Below, in pieces: positions 19,454 through 29,622 of a stretch of 64,000 nucleotides of DNA (positions within the stretch are counted from its first letter, which is position 1; every line of letters begins with the position of its first letter). This DNA comes from an uncultured Chloroflexia bacterium (GTDB lineage Bacteria > Chloroflexota > Chloroflexia > QHBQ01 > JADMIH01), in assembly GCA_963797095.1 (NCBI GenBank), contig CAWCNY010000006.1:352001-416000 (forward strand). The letters are read 5' to 3'. The translations under genes were made by a program, and so were the position numbers. The notes under the pieces are model-generated. The model searched no databases, was not told where the DNA came from, and worked only from the letters and a program-made list of their open reading frames with translations.

Positions 19454-19483
19454 TTGACAACGTTACCCTTTTGCCTATACACT
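19454..19483 (+). promoter_or_regulatory. Sigma70-type promoter of the trp operon
   Basis: TTGACA at 19454, then TATACA/TACACT at 16-18 bp spacing, ahead of the T-box leader. Confidence 0.65.
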
Positions 19484-19499
19484 TAGCGAAATCGAAAAT

Positions 19500-19813
19500 A
19501 CACAGGCTTGGATCAGCGCTAGTAGCCATCGAAGCGGGCCTACAGAGAGCCGGAGCAGGTGAAAGTCCGGCGTCAGCGCAGAGGGTGAATGGAGCTGTGA
19601 GCCTCATACCGAAAGTGGGCAACCCGCCCGCCGGTAGGCTATGACGGACACTCCACCGTTACCAGGGAGCGGGGTATCGGCAGACGGGGCACTATCGCGT
19701 ACTTCACGCAGTAGCCTCGACTAGGTACTCGCAGAGCGTCGCAAAAGCGGCGGAATTAGGGTGGCACCACGAGGATTCCGGTCCTTCGTCCCTTGCGGAC
19801 GGAGGGCTTTTTT
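19500..19813 (+). ncRNA. T-box riboswitch, Trp specifier
   Basis: AGAGA and GGTGA stem I motifs, GAA-TGG specifier (UGG 19590-19592), CCGTTA, T-box AATTAGGGTGGCACCACG (19754-19771), terminator GTCCTTCGTCC/GGACGGAGGGC plus T6. Confidence 0.93.
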
Positions 19814-19879
19814 GATCCCCCTCCAACCTGCAAGTCACAGCAAGCAACATGCAGCAAGCAGTATTCAGAGGTGAAAACC

Positions 19880-21457
19880 ATGCTAGGAACCTACTCGCTA
19901 ACCGGAGAATCGTTCGCCTCCCTTGCGGCAGCCAACGCGCCCGGTGCTGGCGCGCCCCCGCCCTACACCATCATCAGCCGCCGCATCCCCGCCGACCTGG
20001 AAACCCCTGTCTCTGCTCTCCAAAAGATCAGGCGCGGTCACCACTGTTTCCTCCTGGAAAGCGTTGATCGTGGCGATCAGGTGGGTAGATACTCTTTCCT
20101 CGGCACCGATCCCCACCTGGTCCTCTCCGTGAAGGATGGCACGTCCCAACTTGCAGACCCCACCAACCCATTCTCCACAGAGGAAAAGCCTTCCCCAGCC
20201 CCCCTGGACGACCTGCGACGCCTCCTCTCGTCCAGAAACCTTATCATCCCGGAAAACACCCTCCTTCCTCGCTTCCTGGGAGGTGCGGTCGGCTATGTCG
20301 GCTACGAAATTGCCACCACCCTTGAGCCTGTGCGCCCCGCCCTCAACGATCCCCTGGCCTTGCCCGATATGGCCTTCGCCATGTACGACACCCTTATGGT
20401 GTTCGACCACGTCCAGCGCACCGCCCAGATACTCACCCTGGCCCCTCTCAACTCCACTCCCGATCAGGAATACAGGGCCGCGATCTCCCGTATAGAGGAG
20501 ATCATGCTTCGCCTCCGTTCGCCCCTACCCTCTGTCCCTACAGACCACCATCTATCAAAGCGGTCCACCTCCCCCGTCAGAAGCAACTGCACTCAATCTG
20601 AATATGAGCGAATGGTCGAAGCGGGTAAAGAGCACATCGTCGCGGGCGACATTATCCAGGTGGTCCTCTCCCAGCGCTTCGAGCGCGACACCCCCGCCGA
20701 CCCTTTCACCATCTATCGCGCTCTGCGCATGGTCAACCCCTCACCGTACATGGTCTTCATGCAGTTCGATGATGCCTGCCTGGTCGGGGCCTCCCCCGAA
20801 ATGCTGGTGCAGGTGCAGGGCCGCAAGGTTTCTACCCACCCCATCGCGGGTACACGCCCTCGCGGCCACGCCAGGCAAGACGACGACCTCCTGGAGCGCG
20901 AGCTTCTCGCCGACGAGAAAGAGCGCGCCGAGCACCTGATGCTGGTAGACCTGGGTCGCAACGATATTGGCCGCATTTCGCGCATAGGCTGCGTCAAAGT
21001 CCCGCGCTTCATGCAAGTCGAGCGTTATTCCCACGTCATGCATATCGTCTCCGAAGTCGAGGGCCATTTGCAGGATGGCCTCGGACCCATAGACGCCCTT
21101 CGCGCCTGCTTCCCGGCGGGTACGGTTTCCGGCGCTCCCAAAGTGCGGGCTGTGCAGATCATATCCGAGCAAGAGGCCGACAGGCGCGGCCCCTACGCAG
21201 GCGCTGTCGGCTACATCGGCTACGACGGCAACATGGATACAGCTATCACCATACGCACCATAGTGGTCCGCGATGGCGTGGCCTCTGTGCAGGCGGGCGC
21301 GGGCATCGTGGCGGATAGCGTCCCCGCCGCCGAATACCAGGAAACCCTCCACAAGGCCCGCGCCCTCCTCTCGGCCATCGACCTCGCCGAGGAAATCGAG
21401 CGCCAGGAAGCCATCACGGAACGAGAAATCGCCCAGCAGGAGGTAACGCTTTGTTAG
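19880..21457 (+). CDS. trpE: Anthranilate synthase component I
   Basis: FLLES, NPSPYM, GASPE, PIAGTRPRG, EHLMLVDLGRND, FPAGTVSGAPK. Confidence 0.96.
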   Translation: MLGTYSLTGESFASLAAANAPGAGAPPPYTIISRRIPADLETPVSALQKIRRGHHCFLLESVDRGDQVGRYSFLGTDPHLVLSVKDGTSQLADPTNPFSTEEKPSPAPLDDLRRLLSSRNLIIPENTLLPRFLGGAVGYVGYEIATTLEPVRPALNDPLALPDMAFAMYDTLMVFDHVQRTAQILTLAPLNSTPDQEYRAAISRIEEIMLRLRSPLPSVPTDHHLSKRSTSPVRSNCTQSEYERMVEAGKEHIVAGDIIQVVLSQRFERDTPADPFTIYRALRMVNPSPYMVFMQFDDACLVGASPEMLVQVQGRKVSTHPIAGTRPRGHARQDDDLLERELLADEKERAEHLMLVDLGRNDIGRISRIGCVKVPRFMQVERYSHVMHIVSEVEGHLQDGLGPIDALRACFPAGTVSGAPKVRAVQIISEQEADRRGPYAGAVGYIGYDGNMDTAITIRTIVVRDGVASVQAGAGIVADSVPAAEYQETLHKARALLSAIDLAEEIERQEAITEREIAQQEVTLC

Positions 21458-22029
21458 TGCTTATCGACAACTACAACTCCTTCACCTATAACCTCTACCA
21501 GTACCTGGGCGAGTTAGGTTCCTGTGTGCGGGTCGTGCGCAACGATGCCGTTACCGTGCGCGAGCTAGAGATGCTCAACCCCACAGCCCTTGTAATCTCC
21601 CCCGGCCCAGGCGGCCCCTGCGACGCAGGCATATCCCTCGATGCCATCGAGGCGTTCAAAGGCTGCATCCCCATTCTTGGCGTCTGCCTGGGCCACCAGT
21701 GCATAGGCCACTTGCACGGCGCGAAGATAGTGCGCGCCCCCGAAATCCGCCACGGCAAGATCTCCGAGATCTACCACACCGGGCAGGGCGTCTTCGCCGG
21801 CCTCCCCAATCCCTTCCCCGCTACCCGCTACCACTCGCTGGTGGTCGATGCGGCCACCTGCCCGCCCGACCTTGAGGTGACCGCCTGGACTTCGGGGGGT
21901 CTCATCATGGGTCTTCGCCACTGCAACCTGCCAATTGAAGGGGTCCAATTCCACCCGGAGTCGATGATGACCAAAAGCGGCAAAGCCCTTCTCGCCAACT
22001 TCCTATCTCAGCCCGTGCTCGTAAGCTGA
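21451..22029 (+). CDS. trpG: Anthranilate synthase component II
   Basis: ISPGPG, GVCLGHQ, RYHSL, GVQFHPES. Confidence 0.95.
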   Translation: MLVLIDNYNSFTYNLYQYLGELGSCVRVVRNDAVTVRELEMLNPTALVISPGPGGPCDAGISLDAIEAFKGCIPILGVCLGHQCIGHLHGAKIVRAPEIRHGKISEIYHTGQGVFAGLPNPFPATRYHSLVVDAATCPPDLEVTAWTSGGLIMGLRHCNLPIEGVQFHPESMMTKSGKALLANFLSQPVLVS

Positions 22030-22099
22030 TTATTATCCGGGGCATACGGCATCGACCATCTGCCTCAATACCGCCCGATAACCCAAAAGGAGAAACAGA

Positions 22100-23173
22100 A
22101 TGATAACCGAAGCCATCGACAAACTGGTCAGAAGCGAATCGCTCAACGACGCCGAAGCAAGCACCGCCATGGAAGAGATCATGGACGGCACAGCCACCCA
22201 CGCTCAGGTTGGCGCTTTCCTGGTCGCCCTCCGCATGAAAGGCGAGACGGTCGAAGAGATAGCGGGTCTTGCCCAGGTCATGCGCGAGCGCGTCATCCCC
22301 GTTGAGTTGGACAACTCTCGCCTGGTCGATACCTGTGGCACCGGCGGCGACCGCTCTGGTACCTTCAACATCTCCACCGCCGCCGCCCTGGTGGCCTCCG
22401 CCGCCGGAGTGACCATCGCCAAGCACGGCAACCGCGCCATGAGCAGCCGTTGCGGCAGCGCCGACGTGCTCGAAGCCCTTGGCGTCGAGATCAACCTCGA
22501 CCCCGAAGGTGTGGCCCGCTGCGTGCGCCACGCGGGCATCGGCTTCATGTTCGCCCCTTTATTCCACCCCGCCATGAAGCACGCCGCCCCCGTTCGCCGC
22601 GAGCTTGGCACGCGCACCGTGTTCAACATCCTCGGCCCCCTCACCAACCCCGCGGGGGCGCGCCGCCAGGTGCTGGGCGTGGCCCACGAATCTCTTGTCC
22701 CCAAAATGGCGGGCGCTCTTGAACGCCTCGAAACGCAGCACGCCCTGGTTGTGCACGGTCACAGCGGCCTCGACGAATTGAGCGTCACCGGCCCCTCCAT
22801 TGTCTATCGGGTGCGCGCCGGTCGTCCCGTTGAGCGCATGGAGGTGATCCCCCAGGACTTCGGCTTCAGCGCGGCCCCCCTTGAGGCTATAGCAGGCGGC
22901 ACCGCCCAGGAGAACGCAGCGATGGTGCGCTCCGTCCTCTCCGGCGAGCGCGGGCCCCGGCGCGACGTGGTCCTCCTCAACGCCGCTGCCGCCCTCCTGG
23001 CCGCCGACGCCGTCGCCACCCTTCAAGAGGGCATCGCCATAGCCGCCCGCGCCATAGACAGCGGCGAGGCCCTCCAAACCCTGACACGTCTGGTGGAGGG
23101 GAGCCAGGACCCCAACATCTCCACCCCAACCACCCACCCCAACCCTTCCACAAAACGTACCAGGGCAGCCTGA
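22100..23173 (+). CDS. trpD: Anthranilate phosphoribosyltransferase
   Basis: DTCGTGGD, FNIST, KHGNR, GLDE. Confidence 0.96.
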   Translation: MITEAIDKLVRSESLNDAEASTAMEEIMDGTATHAQVGAFLVALRMKGETVEEIAGLAQVMRERVIPVELDNSRLVDTCGTGGDRSGTFNISTAAALVASAAGVTIAKHGNRAMSSRCGSADVLEALGVEINLDPEGVARCVRHAGIGFMFAPLFHPAMKHAAPVRRELGTRTVFNILGPLTNPAGARRQVLGVAHESLVPKMAGALERLETQHALVVHGHSGLDELSVTGPSIVYRVRAGRPVERMEVIPQDFGFSAAPLEAIAGGTAQENAAMVRSVLSGERGPRRDVVLLNAAAALLAADAVATLQEGIAIAARAIDSGEALQTLTRLVEGSQDPNISTPTTHPNPSTKRTRAA

Positions 23174-23216
23174 CCAATTCACCACAACTCGCCACTCGCC
23201 ACTCGTCCGAAAAGCC

Positions 23217-24050
23217 ATGCCAACAAACATCCTCGACACCATAATCACCCACAAGCGCGCCGAACTCGCCGGGCGCAAGGCAGCCCGCCCTCTGCCCGGT
23301 CTTCTGCCTGCCCTCGCCTCTGCCCCTCCCACTAGCGATTTCGCTTCCGCCCTGTGCGACCCCACAAAACCCGCCCCGCGAGTGATAGCCGAGATCAAGC
23401 GCCGCAGCCCATCCAAAGGACTTCTTCGCCCCGACCTCGACCCCGCCACCATAGCCTCAATCTACGAGCAGAACGGCGCTGCGGCTATCTCTGTCCTTTG
23501 CGACAACCGCTTCTTCGGCGGTTCCCTCGATGATCTCGCCCAGGCCCGCGCCGCCACCTCACTACCAATCCTATGCAAAGAGTTCATCCTCGATGAGTAC
23601 CAGATCATAGAGGCGCGCATCGCCGGGGCCTCCGCCGTCATTCTGCTGGCCTCGGTCCTTTCCACCAGACACCTACGCGAATATCGCTTCCTGTGCGCCG
23701 AACTGGGCATGGCCGCCCTCGTTGAAGTCCACTACGAGCCTGAGCTACGTTCCTCCCTCAACTCCGGCGCGCAAATAATCGGGATCAACAACCGCGATCT
23801 TCGCACCTTCACCGTAGACATGAATACCACAGCCTCCCTCCTCCCCTTACTCCCCACAGGCACCACTGTAGTCAGCGAGAGCGGGATCCGCAGCCACGCC
23901 GACGCCGAAAAACTGGTCTCCCTGGGCGTTCACACCGTCCTCGTTGGTGAGGGTCTGATCGCAGCCCCCGACATAGCCGCCGCGACGCGTGAAATCTGCG
24001 GCCTTCCCTCCACCCTTTCAGCAACCTTGCAGGAGGTAAGCCTGTCATGA
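23217..24050 (+). CDS. trpC: Indole-3-glycerol phosphate synthase
   Basis: IAEIKRRSPSKG, VEVH, GINNRDL, SESGI, LVGE. Confidence 0.96.
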   Translation: MPTNILDTIITHKRAELAGRKAARPLPGLLPALASAPPTSDFASALCDPTKPAPRVIAEIKRRSPSKGLLRPDLDPATIASIYEQNGAAAISVLCDNRFFGGSLDDLAQARAATSLPILCKEFILDEYQIIEARIAGASAVILLASVLSTRHLREYRFLCAELGMAALVEVHYEPELRSSLNSGAQIIGINNRDLRTFTVDMNTTASLLPLLPTGTTVVSESGIRSHADAEKLVSLGVHTVLVGEGLIAAPDIAAATREICGLPSTLSATLQEVSLS

Positions 24051-24775
24051 TAGGCCAAACCGATCGCTCTGTTACCTCCACACGCCGGGCTTACTCCAAA
24101 GCCATAACCGTCAAAATATGCGGCCTCATGCAGCCCGAACACGCCGCTTTCGCCGCCCGCCACGGCGCGGATATGATCGGCGTGGTCTTCGCAAAGAGCC
24201 GCCGCCAGCTTTCTCCAGATGCTGCTGCCCACATCCGCGCAGCCATCGATGCACCTGGCCTCGAAACCAGACCTCTCCTCGTCGGTGTCTTTGTCAATGA
24301 GCCTATCCCAAGCCTCATGTCAATAGCCCGGCACGCACGCCTCGACATCCTCCAATTGAGCGGCGACGAATCGCCCGAATATGTAGCCCTCTGCGCCCTA
24401 CACTACCCCATAATCAAAGCCGTGCGCTTCCCTTCCACTTGCGCCCCCCAACAGGCTCTCGACACGCTCGACCTCTACGAAAGCGCCCTCGACCCGGACA
24501 GCCAACGGGTCCGTTTCCTCATCGACGCCTACCAGTCGGGCGAGTATGGGGGCACGGGCCGCCCCGCCGATTGGCCGCTTGCCGCGACCCTTGCCGCCCA
24601 CCGCGAGATCATACTGGCAGGCGGCCTCACCCCACGTAACGTTCAGGCCGCCATAACCTCAATCTCCCCGTGGGGTGTAGACGTTAGCAGCGGCGTCGAA
24701 ACCGCTGGGGCCAAAGACCCCATCCTCATGCAGCATTTTCTGGCTGCTGCACTCTCTCCAATCTCCACCCAATAA
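24047..24775 (+). CDS. trpF: Phosphoribosylanthranilate isomerase
   Basis: VKICGL, GGTG, LAGGLTP, VDVSSGVE. Confidence 0.95.
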   Translation: MIGQTDRSVTSTRRAYSKAITVKICGLMQPEHAAFAARHGADMIGVVFAKSRRQLSPDAAAHIRAAIDAPGLETRPLLVGVFVNEPIPSLMSIARHARLDILQLSGDESPEYVALCALHYPIIKAVRFPSTCAPQQALDTLDLYESALDPDSQRVRFLIDAYQSGEYGGTGRPADWPLAATLAAHREIILAGGLTPRNVQAAITSISPWGVDVSSGVETAGAKDPILMQHFLAAALSPISTQ

Positions 24776-24832
24776 GACCCTCACACTGTATCCTCCATCT
24801 CAAACGCTCCAACTTATCGGAAAGGATATAAC

Positions 24833-26092
24833 ATGGTCCTCACCAAAACAGAACCGGTAGCGGCAACGCCGCAACAATACAACCTCCCAGATGAGCAGGG
24901 CCACTTCGGCCGGTTCGGCGGCAAATACTCACCCGAAGTCCTTATGCCCGCCCTCGAAGAGCTTGAGCGCATCTATGCCGAATGCCGTTCCGACCCTCAG
25001 TTCGCCTCCGACCTCTCCGATCTTGAGCGCCACTACACGGGCCGCCCTACCCCCCTCTATTTCGCTCGTGGCCTCACCCGCCTCGCGGGCGGGGCGCGCA
25101 TCTTCCTCAAGCGCGAGGACCTGGCCCACACAGGCGCTCACAAGATCAACAACGCCCTCGGCCAGGCTCTCCTCGCGAAGCGGATTGGCAAGCCCCGTGT
25201 CATCGCCGAGACCGGCGCGGGCCAGCATGGGGTCGCCACCGCCACCGCCTGCGCTATGCTTGGCCTCCAATGTGTGGTCTATATGGGCGAGGTTGACATA
25301 GAGCGCCAATCGCTCAATGTCTTTCGCATGAAATTGCTTGGTGCCGAGGTCCGCCCCGTCTCCTCAGGCAGCCGCACCCTCAAGGACGCCATCAACGAGG
25401 CCATCCGCGATTGGGTGAGCAACGTCGCCACCACCCATTACCTGATCGGCTCCGCGGTCGGCATGCACCCCTACCCAATGATAGTGCGCGACTTCCAGAG
25501 CGTAATCGGCAAAGAGGCCCGCCGCCAATGCGTGGAGCAGGCAGGTCGCCTCCCTGACTATGTGGTGGCCTGTGTGGGCGGCGGCAGCAATAGCATAGGC
25601 ATCTTCCACCCCTTCATCCAGGATTCCGGTGTGCATCTGGTGGGTGTGGAAGCTGGTGGCGCGGGCGTCAATAGCGGCAAGCACGCCGCCACGCTGGTAG
25701 CGGGGAGCATCGGCGTTCTGCATGGCTCGCGCTCCTACATGCTTCAGGATGAATACGGCCAGGTAATCGAGACCCACAGCATCTCCGCCGGTCTCGACTA
25801 CCCTGGAGTCGGACCCGAACACGCCTACCTGAAAGAATCGGGCAGAGCGGAATACGTCGCGGTCACCGACAACGAGGCCCTCGAAGGCTTCAAGATGCTC
25901 TGCCGCGCCGAGGGCATCATCCCAGCCCTGGAGTCGTCCCACGCCCTGTACCACGCAGTCAGCCTTGCCGCCACTCTGCCCCAGAATAACATCGTGGTGG
26001 TGAACCTGTCGGGCCGTGGCGACAAAGATATGCACACGGTGGCCTCAGTTCTGGGCATCACCCTCACAAACGACCAGGAGACCCGTCCGTGA
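24833..26092 (+). CDS. trpB: Tryptophan synthase beta chain
   Basis: [45 protein letters not shown]. Confidence 0.98.
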   Translation: MVLTKTEPVAATPQQYNLPDEQGHFGRFGGKYSPEVLMPALEELERIYAECRSDPQFASDLSDLERHYTGRPTPLYFARGLTRLAGGARIFLKREDLAHTGAHKINNALGQALLAKRIGKPRVIAETGAGQHGVATATACAMLGLQCVVYMGEVDIERQSLNVFRMKLLGAEVRPVSSGSRTLKDAINEAIRDWVSNVATTHYLIGSAVGMHPYPMIVRDFQSVIGKEARRQCVEQAGRLPDYVVACVGGGSNSIGIFHPFIQDSGVHLVGVEAGGAGVNSGKHAATLVAGSIGVLHGSRSYMLQDEYGQVIETHSISAGLDYPGVGPEHAYLKESGRAEYVAVTDNEALEGFKMLCRAEGIIPALESSHALYHAVSLAATLPQNNIVVVNLSGRGDKDMHTVASVLGITLTNDQETRP

Positions 26093-26928
26093 ACGCTCGT
26101 ATCACCTCCACCTTCGCCCGCCTCGCCGCTGAGCGACGCGCCGCCCTCATCCCTTACCTGACCGTTGGCTATCCGTCCATCCAGGCTACCCGCCAACTGG
26201 CTCAGGTCGTGGCCGAACAGGGTGCCGACCTGATAGAGCTTGGAATCCCTTTCAGCGATCCGCTTGCCGATGGGGCTACGGTCCAGCGCGCTTCACACGC
26301 GGCCCTCCAGAATGGCGTCACTCTTGACGACTGTCTCTCGCTGGCCGCCGACCTTCGCGCCAACGTACCCGCCACAAAAAACGTGCCCCTTCTCTTCATG
26401 AGCTACTACAACCCTATCCACAAATACGGCATCGAGCGCGCTGCTGCTGCCTGTGCCTCCTCAAGCGTAGATGGCCTCATAATCCCCGACCTCCCGCCCG
26501 AAGAAGCATCCGATCTGAAGACCGCCTGCGACCGTCACAACATAGACCTCATTTTCCTCGCAGCCCCCACCAGCACCGCCGAAAGGCTCAAGCAAGTGGC
26601 CCAGCTTGCCTCCGGCTTCATCTATTGCGTTTCCCTTACGGGCGTGACGGGCGCTCGCACCTCGTTAGGCAACGACGCACCCGACCTCGTAGCGCGCCTC
26701 CGCTACTACACATCCTTGCCCCTGGTAGTAGGTTTTGGCATAAGTCGCCCCGAACACGTGGCCGAGGTTTCCTCTACGGCTGACGGTGCAGTGGTGGGCA
26801 GCGCCCTCATCAACCTCATAGAAAGCACACCTGAACCCGAGATCGCGCACTCTGTAGCCCGCTATATGGACTCTCTAAAACAAGCAACCACAAAAAAGCC
26901 TCTTGACTACAACTACGCTCTATGCTAG
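26089..26928 (+). CDS. trpA: Tryptophan synthase alpha chain
   Basis: [33 protein letters not shown]. Confidence 0.97.
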   Translation: MNARITSTFARLAAERRAALIPYLTVGYPSIQATRQLAQVVAEQGADLIELGIPFSDPLADGATVQRASHAALQNGVTLDDCLSLAADLRANVPATKNVPLLFMSYYNPIHKYGIERAAAACASSSVDGLIIPDLPPEEASDLKTACDRHNIDLIFLAAPTSTAERLKQVAQLASGFIYCVSLTGVTGARTSLGNDAPDLVARLRYYTSLPLVVGFGISRPEHVAEVSSTADGAVVGSALINLIESTPEPEIAHSVARYMDSLKQATTKKPLDYNYALC

Positions 26929-26931
26929 AAT
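26903..26931 (+). promoter_or_regulatory. Sigma70-type promoter of the aro operon, inside the trpA 3' end
   Basis: TTGACT-N17-TAGAAT with extended TG. Confidence 0.75.
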
Positions 26932-26955
26932 TGACCAATCTTTGCGGGAGCACCT

Positions 26956-27126
26956 ATGGACCCTGTGCAATCACCCAACTCTCATACAGCGAGAACCGAG
27001 CGGGCCGACAGCGGCCTGTACGGCCTCACCGTTCCTGCAACCCAGGCCAACGTTTACGGCGCTTACTATTACTGGTGGTATTACTTAATACCAACCAGCA
27101 ATTGCCACGCGCCGGGGAATATCTAG
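26956..27126 (+). CDS. Tyr/Trp-rich attenuator leader peptide (56 aa; absent from ORF track)
   Basis: GGGAG RBS; MDPVQSPNSHTARTERADSGLYGLTVPATQANVYGAYYYWWYYLIPTSNCHAPGNI*; control run at 27064-27084. Confidence 0.85.
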   Translation: MDPVQSPNSHTARTERADSGLYGLTVPATQANVYGAYYYWWYYLIPTSNCHAPGNI

Positions 27127-27165
27127 CAGACGTAGAACACCAATCGAATAGCAGGTACAGAACAG

Positions 27166-27198
27166 GGAGCGTGGCAGAAGCCAACGCTCTTTTTGTTT
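27166..27198 (+). terminator. Attenuator terminator before aroH
   Basis: GGAGCGTGGC-AGAA-GCC(A)ACGCTCT then TTTTGTTT; its 5' arm is complementary to TGCCACGC at 27103-27110. Confidence 0.85.
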
Positions 27199-27217
27199 GT
27201 GCCGGAAAGGTGTGTGA

Positions 27218-27607
27218 ATGGACTTAGACCGACTGGAACCAAGAGTGCTATGCCGAGGAGTGCGCGGAGCCACCATCGCCCACGCCGATACGCGTGAAGA
27301 GATCCACGCCGCCACCCAGGAGCTTGTCAAAGCTGTCCTGGATGCCAATGAAATCGACCCCGATGACCTGGCAAGCGCCCTCTTCACAACCACATCCGAC
27401 CTGCACGCAGCCTTCCCAGCCGAGGCCTGCCGCTTGATGGGCTGGGAATACGTGCCGATGCTGGGCGGCGTAGAAATGGACAAGCAGGACGCGCCCGCCC
27501 GCTGCATCCGCGTCCTGCTCCACTGGAACACAGTCATGCGACCGCAAGACATCAAGCACGTCTATCTTAGAGGAACAGAATCGTTGCGTACTGTTGGTAG
27601 TCGGTAG
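27218..27607 (+). CDS. aroH: Chorismate mutase, AroH class
   Basis: RGVRGA, FT-x-T-x-DL-x-A-x-FPA, RCIRVL, HVYLRG. Confidence 0.94.
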   Translation: MDLDRLEPRVLCRGVRGATIAHADTREEIHAATQELVKAVLDANEIDPDDLASALFTTTSDLHAAFPAEACRLMGWEYVPMLGGVEMDKQDAPARCIRVLLHWNTVMRPQDIKHVYLRGTESLRTVGSR

Positions 27608-27675
27608 TCAGAATAGGAAACCACTCGTCCTCCGACTACCGACTACCGACTACCGACTACCGACTACCGACTACC
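27596..27675. repeat. (GGTAGTC)2 facing (CCGACTA)6, an inverted heptamer pair
   Basis: Read directly; the first tract holds the aroH TAG stop. Confidence 0.9.
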
Positions 27676-27695
27676 ACCCAAAGAAAGGCCACCAA

Positions 27696-28781
27696 ATGAT
27701 AGTAATAATGCGCATGTCAGCAGACGCCCACGAAGTTGGCGGAGTTATCCAACGAATACGCGACCTCGGCTATCGCCCCCACGTTTCCAGTGGCTCCGAG
27801 CGCGTGATCATCGGCATTATCGGTAACGACCGCCCCCTTGACCCCGAAGACTTCCTCTCCCTCGGTGGTGTCGAGCGCGTGGTACCCATCCTCCACCCCT
27901 ACAAATTGGTCAGCCGCGACTTCAAACCTGCCGACACCGTCATCAGGGTGAACGACGCCCTCATAGGAGGCAACAATGTCACCGTGATGGCCGGGCCATG
28001 TTCGGTTGAGAGCCGCGAGCAGACCTTCGAGGTTGCGCGCCAGATGCGCGCCCTGGGCATCAAAATCCTGCGCGGCGGGGCTTTCAAGCCTCGCACTTCC
28101 CCCTACTCCTTCCAGGGCCTCGGCGAGGACGCCCTCCAGATCCTGGCCGACGTGCGCAGCGAGCTAGGAATGTCCATCGTCACCGAGGTCATGTCCCCCG
28201 ACGAGGTTCCGCTGGTGGCCGAATACGCCGACATCCTTCAGATCGGCACCCGCAATATGCAGAACTACCGCCTCCTCGAAGAAGTGGGCCGCCAGAGCAA
28301 GCCCGCCCTCCTCAAGCGCGGTATGAGCTCCACCATCGAAGAACTGCTCCTCGCCGCCGAGTACATCCTGGCCCAGGGCAATACCCAGGTGATCCTCTGC
28401 GAGCGCGGTATCCGCACCTTCGAGCACGCCACCCGCTCCACCTTCGACCTCAACGCTATCCCGGTCCTCAAGTCCCTCACCCACCTCCCCGTGATCGCCG
28501 ACCCTAGCCACGGCACGGGCCGCTGGGACCTCGTCACCCCCGTATCGCTGGGGGCCGTGGCTGCGGGCGCTGATGGCCTGATCGTCGAGGTTCACAGCCA
28601 CCCTGAGCAGGCCCTCTCTGATGGCGGCCAATCCCTCCGCCCCGACAAGTGCGCTATCTTGCTGGAAAACCTCAAGCGAGTGGCCGAGGCTGTAGGGCGT
28701 GGCTTGGACCTCGCCTCCACCCTACCCCTACCCGACCACGAACCAAATGTGGCCGTACCCGTAGGTACCAATGCAGCTTAG
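27696..28781 (+). CDS. aroF: DAHP synthase type I-beta with N-terminal regulatory domain
   Basis: [37 protein letters not shown]. Confidence 0.95.
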   Translation: MIVIMRMSADAHEVGGVIQRIRDLGYRPHVSSGSERVIIGIIGNDRPLDPEDFLSLGGVERVVPILHPYKLVSRDFKPADTVIRVNDALIGGNNVTVMAGPCSVESREQTFEVARQMRALGIKILRGGAFKPRTSPYSFQGLGEDALQILADVRSELGMSIVTEVMSPDEVPLVAEYADILQIGTRNMQNYRLLEEVGRQSKPALLKRGMSSTIEELLLAAEYILAQGNTQVILCERGIRTFEHATRSTFDLNAIPVLKSLTHLPVIADPSHGTGRWDLVTPVSLGAVAAGADGLIVEVHSHPEQALSDGGQSLRPDKCAILLENLKRVAEAVGRGLDLASTLPLPDHEPNVAVPVGTNAA

Positions 28782-29622
28782 CCAGGCCACCATCGCGATC
28801 TCCGGTCTCGGCCTGATGGGCTCCTCCCTCGCCCTGGCCCTTCGCGGTAAATGCGGCCTCCTGATCGGCGTCACCCGCCGCCCCGATCTGGCCGAGCGTG
28901 CCATCCAGACCGGAGTAGTAGATCGAGCCACCTGCGATCTTGCCGAGGTAGCTTCCCAGGCCGACATAGTGGTGCTCGCCACCCCCGTCCTCCACATAAT
29001 CGAGTCGATCCCTCGCGCTGCTGCCTCCATGCGCCCCGGCTCCCTCTTGCTCGACCTCGGCAGCACCAAGCGCGACGTAGTGGTCGCCATGAACGCCATC
29101 CCCGATACTCTGCTGGCAGTGGGCGGCCACCCAATGTGCGGCAAAGAGACAGGAGGCCTCGAAAGCGCCGACCCCTCCCTTTTCCGTGGCTGCACGTTCG
29201 TCCTCTCCCCCACCCTGCGCACCACCCCCGAAGCTCTGGCCCTTGCCCATGATCTGGTTGGCGCACTCGAAGCCCGCCCCCTGGTGCTCGACGCCGACCG
29301 CCACGACCGGGACGTGGCCGCCATCAGCCACCTGCCCTACCTCCTTGCCGTCTCTCTCATGCACACCGGGCAGCAGTTGGCCGAGCAAGACCCTGTATTG
29401 AGCGACCTCGCCGCCGGTGGCTTTCGCGACACCACCCGCCTGGCCGCCAGCCAGGTTGATATGATGCTCCACATACTTCTCACCAATCACGACGCTATCC
29501 TCCCCACCCTCGACTTGTTCGAGCGCAACCTCGCTCACCTTCGAGAACTGCTGAACGACCCTCCCGCCCTCGAACACTGGATGCAACGGGCGCAAGATGC
29601 CCGAAGGGGGATGCTTAAATGA
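28771..29622 (+). CDS. tyrA: Prephenate/arogenate dehydrogenase
   Basis: [36 protein letters not shown]. Confidence 0.93.
   Translation: MQLSQATIAISGLGLMGSSLALALRGKCGLLIGVTRRPDLAERAIQTGVVDRATCDLAEVASQADIVVLATPVLHIIESIPRAAASMRPGSLLLDLGSTKRDVVVAMNAIPDTLLAVGGHPMCGKETGGLESADPSLFRGCTFVLSPTLRTTPEALALAHDLVGALEARPLVLDADRHDRDVAAISHLPYLLAVSLMHTGQQLAEQDPVLSDLAAGGFRDTTRLAASQVDMMLHILLTNHDAILPTLDLFERNLAHLRELLNDPPALEHWMQRAQDARRGMLK

Noticed and set aside
19314-19622. Minus-strand 102-aa ORF
   Set aside because: Antisense to the glpD end, trp promoter and T-box stem I, which explain the sequence.
22030-22082. Imperfect hairpin between trpG and trpD as an internal terminator
   Set aside because: The stem is interrupted and has no U-tract; at most an mRNA stability element.
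26922-27227. ORF-track ORFs of 101 aa (26922-27227) and 61 aa (26903-27088) in the aro leader
   Set aside because: Both start within the promoter without an RBS; the third frame has an RBS and the Y/W run.
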